Under the pieces are notes generated by a model. The model was not told the DNA's origin. It saw only the letters and a program-made list of their open reading frames with translations, and searched no databases. A stretch of DNA of 64,000 nt, taken from Camelus ferus. Taxonomy: Eukaryota. Position 1 is the stretch's first letter. Every line of letters begins with the position of its first letter. Shown one piece after another: positions 1-12,019 of this stretch. A program made the position numbers and the translations under genes. The DNA lies in NCBI RefSeq assembly GCF_009834535.1, contig NC_045697.1, positions 1,552,001-1,616,000 of the forward strand. Reading direction: 5' to 3'.

Positions 1-113
1 TTGCTGACATCTATCCGTTGAGTAACTATGACGACACGGAGGTGGTGGCCAGCATGAATGGAATCCACAGCGAATTGAACGGTGGCGGGGAAAACCTGGC
101 GCTGAAAGAGGAG
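1..113 (+). CDS. FAM193A: FAM193A internal coding exon, 5' end cut by the window edge (ADIYPLSNYDDTEVVASMNGIHSELNGGGENLALKEE)
   Basis: The frame from base 3 matches the recalled FAM193A peptide. Donor GAG|GTACGG at 113/114, phase 0. Confidence 0.93.
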
Positions 114-228
114 GTACGGGCGTGGCCTCTTCACAGTGGCGATAGTGGCATAAAATGGTGGTCCGGGGTTTCAGTTTTCTGTATCCTTCTGCTCTGAAAA
201 GTGTGAATGACAAAGGGTGTCTTTAAAG

Positions 229-408
229 TCCCCTCAGGTAAGCAGTACCAGCAGTAGCTCTTCAGAAGCTGACGATGAAGAGGCGGCCGGCGAGAGCAGT
301 GGGGAGCCGCCAGGAGCCCCGAAGGAGGACACGGCCCCAGGAAACGGGAACCCCGGGAAAGAGGAAAGTAAAGTGGACAGTCCACCCCCATCTTACCCCG
401 CCCAGCAG
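229..408 (+). CDS. FAM193A: FAM193A coding exon (SPQVSSTSSSSSEADDEE...SPPPSYPAQQ), 180 nt
   Basis: Acceptor ctttaaag| at 228 after a 115-nt intron. Donor CAG|GTATGG at 408. Phase 0/0. Confidence 0.92.
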
Positions 409-1569
409 GTATGGTCTTATTTCTTTGAACTCCGTTTTGCCAAGGGTCTCTTTCTCTGTGTCTGGTTTCTCTAAACATGACCATTACTGAACTCAAAATT
501 ATGTCATTTCAAGTAACTTCTGGAGATGAGGACTGGAGAGGATCAAGGTGCACTTAGGAGCTAAACCAGTGTGACTCGTACCCTCCTGTTAGTCTTGTGT
601 GTCTTGCTTGAATCTGCAGTCAGCGTTGTCTTGATTTGCCGCACCCCGAGTAGCTCCAGGGATTTAGGTGTTGGGGAGTCTTTGTAGAAGCAAGGGGAGG
701 GCTTTTAAATAAAATAAAATTGTGGAGTGTTAAAGCTTCAGAAAACATTGGTGTTGTAAGGGAGCTTTTTTCCTGGTAGAGATTTGTTTTTCTGTTAACC
801 AGAGGTGAGGGTACCTTACCAGACTATTATTTTTTCTTAGAGACTCAGTTTTATAACAGATGCTCAAGCAGTTTTCAAATGAAAGGAAACACAAAGGAAG
901 GTCACGGCCATTTGCAGCACTTTACTAGGCAGTGAAGTCTCCAGTCGAGGGTGCTGGAAGGTGCTCCATTGAGAGGTCTGGCTCCACCTCCTTCCTCGTC
1001 TCCCGGCCCAGCACCTTCCCACCCCAGTCCCAGTGGAGACCCAAACTGGCCTTAGTGATGCACTGTGTGTCCTTCCGGTGTTTGTGCAAATGCCAGCATC
1101 CCTCCGCTTCCTTCTGAAGAGGCCTGCACCGGAGCACAGCCCGCTCTGCCCCTCACCCGGCGGCGCCTCCCGGCCGGCTGCCTGCAAGGCGCTTCTTCAC
1201 GCCCCTCTGCTGGCCTCCCCGTGCTCTGTCTGTGGACGGACATTGTTCCATTTCGTTTTTCTCTCTAGTCCACCTGCTTCCCTTTGTTTTCCCACCGTAA
1301 ACGCTCCAGTGAGTAGCTGTGTACATCTGACATTTTCTACACGGGCAGTTCCACCCCTAGGATTGGTCACAGCAGTGGCTTTACTGGGCTAGCGCGTGGT
1401 GGCCTCCCCCACCCCCTGGAAGAGAGTGACACCGTAGTTCTGAACTCTTGCCTGTCTGGCAGGTAAAAAACGATAACCCTGTGGGCTTTCAGGTTGCATT
1501 TTTCTGGGCAGAGCTGAGCGTTCTGTCGTCTGTTGGAGGGCTCCTTGCGATCGTTTCCTTTTCTGCCTT

Positions 1570-4500
1570 GTGCTGGAGTCATGAGAGTTCTGTATGTGCT
1601 GGCACAAGCCCTGTATCAACTGTGTGATCTGCGAGTACTTTCTCTTGGTCTTGTGGCATGTCTGTTCTTTTTTTATGGTACTTGAAAAGCAGCAGTTCTT
1701 AGCTTTGATGCACTCCAGTTTGTCAGTTTTTTCTTTTATGGATCATGCTTTTGATGTCATACCCAAGAAATTTTTGCTTAATGCAGAACTGTTTTCTTCT
1801 AGAAGAGACATCATTTTAGCTTTTACTTAGGTCTGTGATTCGTTTGAGCTGGTTTTGCTTATGATCTGAGCTTAGGGTCCAAATTCATCTCTTTGCATGT
1901 TTGGATATCCAGTTGTCCCAATACCATTTGTTGAAAAGACCATCCTTTCCCCTGTTGAACTGCATTGGTCATTGGTTGAAAAGTAATTGACTATAAATGG
2001 AAGAGTTAATATCTACATTGAGTATTCTGTTCATTTGATCTCTATATCCTTAGAGTATAAACCCATACTGTACTTGACTGCTCCTTTATAATAAGTTTGG
2101 AAATCAGGTGGCATCTGCCCTCCAGCTGGGTGGGCCATCTTCAGAATTTTTAGGCTGTTCCTTTGCATTTCCTTGTATGTTTTAGGATTAACTTACTACC
2201 TTCTACAAAGAGGCCTGCTTGGGTTTTGGTAGAGATTGTGCTGAATTCTTGAATATTTGGTAGAATTCACCAGCAAAATCCTCTGGGCCTAATCTTTTAT
2301 TTGTGGGATGATAAGGATCAATTTGGGGAAAATATAATCTTGAGAAAGTTGAATCTGTCAGCCTGTGGAACAGTCTGTGCTGTTTCTTTCCATTTATTTA
2401 AATTACCTTTAATTTCTTTCAGCAGTTTTAAAGATCTTCTTGTCTGTGGTTCTTGAGCATAGTTCTTAAATTCATTCTTAAATATTAGGTGTTTTTTGAT
2501 TCTGTAGTGAATGGTATTTTCTAATTTCAATTTTCAATCGATTGTTGGTAATATACAGAAATACAGTGGATTCTTATAAATTGATCTTAAATTCTCCAGC
2601 TTTGCTAATAAACTTGTTGCTTTTGAGGGGTTGAGATGTTTTGTGTTTGTTCCCTTCCTTCAGATTTTGCAGGGTCGTTTTGTCTGTGAATAAACAGTCT
2701 CCTTCTTGCTTTCCTACCTGGACGCTTTTGGTTTCTCACTCCTGCCTTGCTGAGCTAGCTCGAACCTTCGGCACAGTATTGAATAGAAGTGGTGTGAGCA
2801 GACATCTTTGCTTATTCCCAGTCTTGGGGGAAGCACTCAGTCTCTGACAGTGAGCAGATGCTAGGCTGGGCTGCATGTGTGTCCTTGTCAAGTGACTGAA
2901 TTCTGTTCTGCGCCCAGATTCCTGAGGGTTTATCATGAATTCGGGTTTTCAGGTCCCTTTTCTGCATCTGTTGAGAACTCCCTGTGGTTTTTGTCCTTAT
3001 TCTGTTACTCTAGTATATCTCATCAAGTGACCTTTTTGGTATTAAACCAACCTTGTGTTCCTAGGATAACTCCCACTTGGTCATGGCATATAATCCTTTT
3101 TTTTTTTTTTCTTTTTCTTTTTTTAATGTCGGTTGATTGGTTTGTGAAGATTTTTGCATCTGTGTTGATAAAAGATACTTGTCTATAGTCTGTCCTTACG
3201 GGGTCTTCGTCTGGCTCTAGTATCAGGGAAATACTGGCCTCATAGAATGAGTTGGGAGGTGTTTGTTCTGCTTGTGTTTTCTGAAGGAATTTGTCTTGAG
3301 GTTGAGATTTCTTAAATATCTGACAGAGGCCACCAGGGAAATTCCAAGGGCCTGGTCTTTTTTGTGGGAAAATTTGCAATAACTCATGTGAGTTTCGCTG
3401 ACTCGTTACAGGTCCATTTGGATTTTCTGTTTCTTCTTGGGTTGGTTGAGTTAATACTTCATCTTTTTAGAAATTTACCTTCCTCATCTAAGTTGTCTGG
3501 TTTGATGGAATGAGGCTGTATTAGATTCTCTTTTAATTCTGTGGAGTCTGTAGTGTAGTGATGTTAATTCCTGATTTTGGTAATTTTGTTTACTTTTTTT
3601 AACCCCTTCAGTCAGTCTGGTTGTAGGCTTATAAATTTTTGTAAATAACCAGTTTTTGGTTTTGTTAATTTTCTGTTTTCCTCTTTTCTATTTCATTGAT
3701 TACTCTTCTGATCTCCATTATTTCTTTCTATGTTCTTTGGGTTGGGTTTATTATCTTTTTCTAGCTTGTTGAATCTAAATCTGAAGACTTGTTTTATGGC
3801 CTAACATATATGGTCTATCCTAGATTGTGTTCCACGTGCACTTGAAAATGAAAATAATTTGTGTTCCGCCCTACTTGGGCGGAGTGTCCTATAGGTGAAA
3901 GTTTGGTCACACTGATTGTCCGCATTATTCAAGTCCCTACATCCTTACTGATTTTTCTGTCTAGTTCTACAGATTACTCAGGGAGACATTGATGTCTTCA
4001 AGTATAACTGTTGGATTATTCCTCTTTCAAATCTGCCAGTTTTTGATTCATACATTTTGGGACAGTGTTGTTGAATGTGTCTCCATGTATTGTCTCCCTA
4101 ATTTAGTGGCCCTTTTGTCATTATGAAGTATTTCTTTTCTAATATTTCTTAAAGACTTTTATCTAACACTAACATAGTCACTCCAGCTGTCTTAGGGTTA
4201 TTGAACACATGTTGTATGTTTTTTCACCCTTTTAATTTCAGCCTCTCTCTGTCTTTGAATCTAAAAATTGCCTTCCCATCTTTTAGTTGGGTCTTACATC
4301 GTTATCCTGCCCATCAGTCTCTGCCTGTTGTTTGGAATCCTTCATTTACATTTAGTGTAATGATTGGTGATACTTACATCTGCCTTTTTGCTGGTTATTT
4401 CTGTATGTCCCATGTTTTTTGTTCCTCTGTCCCTCCTTTACTTCCTTTTTTGTATCAAACAAAATTTTTAGTGTCTCCTTTAATTCTGTTATTGATTCTT

Positions 4501-4770
4501 TAATTGTGTTTTTGAGTTTAGTTTTTTAAGGGGTGTGGGGAGTTGGGAAAAGGAAGAGCCCCAGGCCAGAAGGCTAGACTCCTTCTGTTCTTACCTAAAG
4601 TTCTAGCAGATTTGCATGAATAAACGCTTCTCAATTTGTTTTTTTCCTTTGGTTGATTTCCAGAGCCTCAAAACGATTGCCTTTGACAGTTGTGTTCAGT
4701 TTTACACTTGTTTTGAGGGAGAGGAGTCACCGACTGCTTCATTCCACCTTAGCCGGAAGTCCCATCTCTG
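1570..4770 (-). mobile_element. Decayed L1M fragments in a FAM193A intron
   Basis: ORF 3023..3379 retains [38 protein letters not shown] (L1 RT). An L1M 5' end lies near 4600-4770. Confidence 0.8.
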
Positions 4771-5182
4771 GTGCATTTTGAAGAATCTCTATGTAACCAT
4801 CCGTTAAGCAGTGTGAGCCCAGCGGAGCGTGGCACCGGTGGTCTTGTTGTCCTTGGTCCCAGCTCCCCCTCTCCACTCTGCCATCTGGCCGGTCCCCTTG
4901 CCCCTGCTCAGACAGGCGCGGATGCAGGCAGGCGTGGCTGCTGCCTCGGCCGATGCCCAGCGGGGCTGAGGTGCGCACCCCCTCTCTTTTCAGGTCTCTT
5001 CAGTCCACTCCTGGGGGCCCTCGTTTACCTCGCAAGGAGGGGCCCGCTCAACCTGGGGTGTCAGGACGGGCCCTGCTGTCTTTGTATTTGCTGTGTGACT
5101 GACTCTAATTCAGTCCATACCATTCTTTTTTCCCTAAATACTAAATACTAAGTTATTAAGTACTTTTTTCCTTTCCTTTTAG

Positions 5183-5434
5183 GCTGAACCAGCTCCAAAC
5201 ACTTGTGAATGTCACGTTTGTAAACAAGAAGCGTCTGGATTGACGGCATCAGCCATGACTGCGGGGGCCCTCCCTCCTGGCCACCAGTTCCTGAGCCCCG
5301 AGAAGCCCACACACCCTGCTCTGCATCTTTACCCGCACATCCACGGACACGTGCCCTTGCACGCCGTCCCACACCTGCCACGCCCTCTTATTCACCCCAC
5401 CTTGTACACGGCACCCCCCTTCACACACAGTAAG
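5183..5434 (+). CDS. FAM193A: FAM193A coding exon (AEPAPNTCECHVCKQE...PPFTHSK), 252 nt
   Basis: Acceptor ttcctttcctttTAG|, donor AAG|GTAAGT. Encodes the CxCxxC and His/Pro-rich peptide typical of FAM193. Confidence 0.95.
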
Positions 5435-6273
5435 GTAAGTCAGGGCAGAGGGGGCCCGAAAGCTCACCCGTCACTAAGCTTCTCCGGGCGTCCATATTTA
5501 AACAAACAAGAGTCTGTAAATGGGCAGCTTGCATAGAACAGCATCCTCTCCTGATAGGAGGGTCTGCAGATGTTCCCTTTTGCCATAATCTCTTAAACTC
5601 TTGGAACTGTGAGCCTTTACACATGCGAGACCAATCGTAAAAGTCATGGTTTATTCCTTCAGAATTAACTGGTACATGGAGAGTGGTTCGGGGGATGTTC
5701 TAACCACCCGGGCACCTGTTCATTCTTTGCTGGTGGCCTTTTGGGCCTGGCTCTTTGTCTTCATGTGGTGGGTAAAATAATTTGAATACAGCATGGGTCC
5801 TGTGACACTGGCTGGGCTGTACCAGGTCTAAAATCACTGTGTTCTCCAAACACAAAAACGAGGACTTGCATGTAGAAGGCACGTTCTTGAGGGCGCGACC
5901 CCTGTGTGTGGCGCGGTAGAAGATTGTGCTGCCGTGCAGGTGGGCGGATGAGAGGGCTCAGGGGGCAGTCTGGAAGAGGCCTGTTCAGGACAGCAGTGAG
6001 GAGCTGGGAAAGCCTGACTTGGATGTGCTTCTGTTCAGAGAACCTCGGGCTTACAAGTGCAGTGTCTTAGACTTGGCAGTGAGATTGTTAGGCTGGTTTC
6101 ATGCTTTGTACTGTAGATCGCTTTGCCTCTCTAGCTATTTTGAACTTACTTTTATTGATCCTTATCATAAACTTTTTGTTTTATTTTTTTTATCAGTTAT
6201 TTTGGTTCAAGGTTAGTTCTAATCAATCAAAAATAGACTTTCCTCCCAAACTCTAGTGATTTATTATTTAAAG

Positions 6274-6416
6274 CAGTGATTCTCAACCGGGAGAGAAAGG
6301 GGGGACCTGACCTGGAAGGGGCTTTGTCGTCCTGCACATCACTGTGAAGTGGGGTGTGTGGAGCCTGGCGTGTGTTTGCTGGGGTGGGTGCGTGGGCCCG
6401 GGGCTGACAGCCACTG
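6274..6416. mobile_element. Short hAT-Charlie (MER5/MER20-like) element
   Basis: Degenerate terminal inverted repeats CAGTGATTCTCAAC ... GCTGACAGCCACTG. Confidence 0.55.
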
Positions 6417-7759
6417 GCTCAGAATGGACTGTAGTCAGTTTGTCATGTTCTCTTACAATAAGTGCTTGGTAATCACCCGAGTTTATCCTTAAATTTTATT
6501 GGGTAGAATATTGTTCAGTTTGAACACTTAATGGTGCCTTTGTTAATAGAATGATTTTTAAATAGTATTATTCAGGTATGTGTTCAAGGCCAGGCCATTT
6601 TCATGGTCTGCCCAGCCTGCAGCCTCTTTCCCTCCGGGTGAATGTGTGAGGTGGGGAAGCTGTCAGCAGCCTGTTCTTACGTAAATGGAGCTCCATTTTC
6701 TAGTCCCTGGGGAACCACCAGGAGAAAGGAGTATAGAATGTTCTCTTATACTTTCTAGCTGGTAGAAGCTGTTTAAGAATTAGTTCCTAAAAACCTTCAC
6801 GTGAAGAAGTGAAATTGACTATTCCCAAAGGCCTTTGGGACACCCTCAGGACAGCTGATGTTTCCCTGTGACTTTTGGCCTTTTCTCAGGACGTTGTAAG
6901 TGGTCTGTGGGGGTAGAGGAGAAGGGCGTCACCTGGGGTGAAGGCTGTTTTTGTGACACCTGCTGAACTCTGGTCCAGTAAGTAGATGTGAACGGTTCAT
7001 GGATGAAGGGGCAACTCCAGAGGACAAGCTGTTAAGCTGTATTTCAACCACTTTACCGTTAACGTCAAGATTGTTCACTGACGCACTTCATGTACACTAG
7101 CTGGGTGCCATTTTTATTTGGAAAAATGAGATATGTTTGATAAAGTACTTTATTTGTGCCTGGTGTAAAAATGTTTGTTTCTCTAGCAGTCTTGCATCGT
7201 CACTTAACCGGGCTTTGCCGAGCGTGTCTGTGTCATCCGAGTTAGTTTGACTGAGTTGAACACGAGGCCGCGACTGCAGCGAAGCGCCGGGGCGGCAGGG
7301 GCTCCTTCTCCGGAGGAGCGAGCTGCGCTGGGAGGACACGCGCTCGCCTTCCGCTGCGGCGCCGCGCGCCCTCCTGTCCGGGCGCTTCTCGCCTGCTTCT
7401 GTTTCCGCGTCCTCGGGCCCTTAGGATTTCCTGCTCTGGTGAAATGGCGGCTGCTGTCACCTCCAAGACTTCATGTCGGTTCAGTAGGGATTCTTTCCAT
7501 TCATGCTTCTGCCACCGTGGGCAAATAGTCGTACCTAAAATGCTTGGAATGAGTACTGTGAAAATTTTACTTTCTTGAAATTAGGAAAACTTGAAGACTG
7601 TTTCTGTTTTCAGAGTGGTCTTCGTGCCGATGATGTGTTTAATTCATACGTTGAGGTATGTTATTTGAAAGTTGGAAGTAGTTGCAGGAGGCAAATAACA
7701 GTGATGAAATACTAGAGGAAGAAACTGTAAATGACAGGGAATTTAATTCCCAAATGTTT

Positions 7760-9950
7760 GAGAATTCCCTGGCTATCTTTCTGTTACTGATTTCTACTTT
7801 AATTCCATTGTGGTCTGAGAGCAGACACTGTATGATTTCTGTTGTTCTGAATTTGTAAACGTGTGCTCTATGGCCCCAAATGTGGTCTCTCTTGGTGAAT
7901 GTTCCGTGTTCCTTAAGAGGAATGCGCGGCTGCTGGTCTGGGGTGAAGTAGCCTGTAGCTGTCCGTTACATGAGTTGATAGGTGGTGCCTCTGGGTTCGG
8001 TTGTGTCCCTGCTGACCTCTGCCTGCCGGGCCTGTTTATTCCTGACAGAGGGAAGTGGACGACACCAACTGCAACATCTCTCCTTGAAGTTCTATTAGCT
8101 TTTGCCCCACGTGGTTTGATGCTCTTTTGCTAGATGCTTACGTGTTGAGAATTGCTGCATGTTCTTAGGGAATTGACCCTTTCATTGTCAACACCCCTCT
8201 TATCCTTGATAATTTCCTTGCTCTGAAGTCGGATCTGTCTGAAGTTGGTGTGGCTGCTCCAGCTTTTGATTAGTGTTACATGGTATATCTTCTGCATTCT
8301 CTTACTTTTAACTTAAAGAGAGCTTTGTATTTTGTAGGTTTCTTGTAGACAGATGGAATGGGTCTTGCTTTTTAATATACTGTGATAATCTCTGTATTTT
8401 CATTGGTATGTTTAGACCGTTGACGTTTAAAGTGTTTGTAACTGTTTCTTATTCATTACCAAAGGCTTATTTTTCTGCCTTCTCTGCTTTTAATTGAACG
8501 TCTTCTGACTCCATTTTTTCTCCTTCCTCAGCATATCAGTTGTACCTTTTTTTGTTTAATTTTAGCAGTTGTATTAGAATATACATTTTAACTGACCTAA
8601 ATCCTTCAGATACCACCATTCGACGTCATGTGCAGTGTAGGTGCTTTTTAACCGATTGTCCCCAGTCCCTCCCTCCCACCCCCGTGACAGTGCCGTCATG
8701 ATCCTCATTTATCTGAATGTTAATCACCCGGTACGTTGCTGTTACTACATTAAACAGTTACGTTTCAGATCAGTTAGTGATGAGAAGAGGAAGAGACTCC
8801 CTTTCACTTGTGCTTGTCCCTTCTCCGTTGCTCTCCCTGTCTTCATGTGGATCCACGCGTCTGACCTACGTCATTTTCCTTCTGCCTGGGGAAAGTCCTC
8901 CGTTGTTTCTTGCAGGGCAGGCCTGCTGGAGGCGCACTCCCTCAGTCTTCGTCTGTCTGAGGAGGTCTTGGCTTCTCCTTCACTTTTGAAGGATGATTTC
9001 ACTGGATACAGAATTCTAGGTTGGTGGGGTTTTTTCTTTCCCCACTTAAAGCATAGTTAATTCCACTCTTTTCTTGCTTGCATGGTTTTGGATGAGCTGT
9101 GCTCTGTGTTCCTTGCTCTGTAGGCACAGGGGTTGCTCTCCCGTCCTCCCGCCCTCTGCTGCTTCCAAGGATTCTTTTGTCTTTGGGTTTCTGCAGCTGG
9201 AGTGTGGCATGCCTGGGGTAGGTTTGGGGCGCTCTGTTCTGTTTGGTGTTCTCCAGGCCTCCTGAATCTGTACTTTGGTGTCTGTCGTTAGTTTTGGAAA
9301 GTTATCGGCTGTTACTACTTCAAATATTTCTGCTGCCTGTCCTCTCTCCTGTCCTAACCTGTTACGCGAGGTAAACATCTCCTGAAATTGCACCGTAGTT
9401 CTTGGATTTTTTTTTTTTTTTTTGGGTCGTTGGTGGGGTGATTTTTGGTTTTTGTTTGTTTGAATTCTTGTTTCTCTTTGCATCTCAGTTTGAGAAGTTT
9501 CTCATGACATGCCTCGACACTCAGTGCGCCGGTTCCTTCTTTGGCTGTGTCCAGTCTGCTGACTCTTCGTTTCCATTACGGCGTTTTTTATTTCTAACAT
9601 TTCTTTTTGATTCTTTCTTACACTCTCTGCTTCTGTTTCTCATTTGTTCCTGCATGTTGGATACTTTTTCCATTAGAACCCGGAGCATTTTAGTGATTTT
9701 AAATGCCCTGTCTGATAGTTCCCAGCCGTCTAATTTTCGTATCCCCGCTTCCCTGTTGTGCTGTCTCTCTGAGCTTCTGCCCTTCTCACCTGGAGCTTGT
9801 CTCCTTGTCTTACATTCTATTCAGAGAACTTCTTTGGATCAGTCTTCTATTTAAGTGATTCTCTTAACTGTGTCTGATCTGCCACTTAAGTTTGAATTTT
9901 TAATCCCACCTGTAATTCGTATTTCTAAGCTTTATTTTTCATATATGTTA
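7760..9950 (-). mobile_element. Decayed L1M (ORF1-ORF2 junction region)
   Basis: ORF 9046..9483 retains IFEVVTADNFPKL..QIQEAWRTPNR (L1 ORF1). Also gatgatttcactggatacagaattctaggttgg. Confidence 0.78.
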
Positions 9951-10561
9951 GCAACTTTTTATATTCTCTTGTTCCTTGATCACTTTTTCTTTCATCTTTC
10001 CTTTCTTTAAGCATTTTTCACATAGTTGTTCTGTGTTTGAATGAAACCTGGAGGATCTAAATGTTTTTATTATGAGGTCATGTTCCGTCAGTTCGCTCTG
10101 CGAGAACCCTGGGGCCCTGAGTAGGGCTGCTTCCTCAAGAGAGGGCTTCCCTCTGTTGCTGCAAAGGTGCCAGCAGGGCTCTGACCCTGGGCCTCCAGCT
10201 CCTCTCGACAGTCTCCAGATCGCCGGTCTCTCGTGGGACCGCAGACTTGACTCCGTCGCTGTCCGATAGTGCGCAAGCCTTCAGGGCAGCCGCCCCTCCC
10301 CGCCTCTGCTTGTTCCTGGGTTTTTTTTTTGGTTTTTGTTTTTTTGTTTTGTTTTTTTTACAAAATGAGGCAAGATTCTTCATTGAAGAGGCAGGAGGTA
10401 AATTATTAATAATTTATAGTTCTTTTGCCTTAATTCATAGAGTGAAGTAAATATTTTGTTCAGTTGTCAGTTTCTGATTATGTACATATTTTAATGAAAA
10501 ATTGAAAATCCCTTTTAGACAAGTATTTCTAAAAGAGCAGTATTGCTTTTTTGTGTATCTG

Positions 10562-10665
10562 TTTTTATTGAAGGGCAGTCAGTTTACAACGTTGTGTCAG
10601 TTTCTGGTGCGCGGTGTAACGCTCCAGTCACACACGGACATGCACACATTCGCCTTCATGCTCTT
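10562..10665 (-). mobile_element. About 100-bp L1 3'-end fragment homologous to 43032-43130
   Basis: tttattgaag..cagtcagtttacaa..gtgtca..ccagtca..ttcat aligns by eye with the 43 kb copy. Confidence 0.7.
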
Positions 10666-12019
10666 GTCTGCTTGACCCTGTTCTTCGTGCTGTCTTCTTA
10701 CCGCTTCTTCAGGAGAGGTTTCCCTTGCTTGCTCTCTGTAGCTCAGCACTTTGTTACAAAGGTATTTGGTGCCTTCATCTGGGACATAGAGTGAAGTGCC
10801 CCCCACCCCTTACTGGACAAAACCCAAGTGGAGGGAGAACTCTGACCCTCAAGGGAAGAGCAGGGAGGGCTGCCCGTTTTGCTCCTTCACAGCGCAGCCT
10901 CAGCTGCCACGGCCCAGGAGCAGTGCTCGAGGCTTCCAACTTTATATCCTGTGTCTTTTCCACCTGGAAGACGTGTGATGAAGCCACTGCCACACTGACA
11001 AGGGCCTATAAATGAAGGCGGAGACGTGTCCTGAAGTCTCCAGAGGAGCATGAGGAATGTTGGGGAATAGTCAGGGAGCTCAGTGCATCGAGTGGAGCCT
11101 GGTGACATGGTTCCCACATGGCTCTGGGCGTGTGCACCTGTCACCTCCGACGCTGGGTTATTATGAGCAACCACTGCAAGTGTGTCTCATAGAGTGAAAC
11201 ATGGCACAGCTGTAAGTTCAGGGGGCACTTGGGGGAGAAGAGAGCTGTGTGAAAGTTGAGACGTAAATAGATTGCCCTTGGGTCATGCTGTGACTTTGAT
11301 CTGTGTTGTACCTCAGAGGCAGTATTCAGCTCTTCTGACCCAAGTAATAGCAGCACAGAAGTGCTGCCCGAGCCCTTCACCAGCCGTGGCAGCATGCTGA
11401 CGAGCCTTGGTGAGAGAAACGCAGGGCCGAGGGCCTCCCCGTGGGGCGACTGGGCCCCTCCTGTCTGAGGACTCGGCGGGGCAGCCTCTTGCCTCCGTGT
11501 CCGTGGCATCTGGGGTGACGTGTTGGGGAGCGAGACAGGCTGGGCCTTAGGGCTCCTGCTTGGACTCAAGAGGAGCGCATGGTGAAGGCAGTCAGTGTGT
11601 GTCAGAGCTTCCATTTAAAGCAGAGTCCGCTTTCTTGTGAATCACTTTGCTATCAAGGTGGAGAGCAGCCGACACTTAGGTAATTGGCACTGTGGATTTG
11701 TGTAAAGGCTGAAATCAGCGGTGTAGTTTAATGCACTGTCCACGTGTTGAGAGACTTGTTGACACGTCACCAGGGACTCTGGAGGCACGGCCCTGGGGTG
11801 CTCTAGTGACGGGGCTGCTTTTTTTCTGACGGAAACCCGCGGTGGCTTGTGCAGGAGCACTCCTGCAAACAGGGCTCGTTTGTTCCAGACCCTCTGTCCC
11901 CATGGTCCCTACAAATGGACCCATTTCCAGTGGACGGGCTTCTGAGGAGTGAATCGCATGCACGTCTCCAGTGGGTCCGGGTCATGGTTGTGGCCCCTTC
12001 TTCCTCTGAGCGAGCCTCT

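Noticed and set aside
6507..6581. Strong donor CAG|GTATGT at 6575 as another FAM193A exon
   Set aside because: Upstream AGs have poor pyrimidine tracts and the frames tested hit stops; not enough support.
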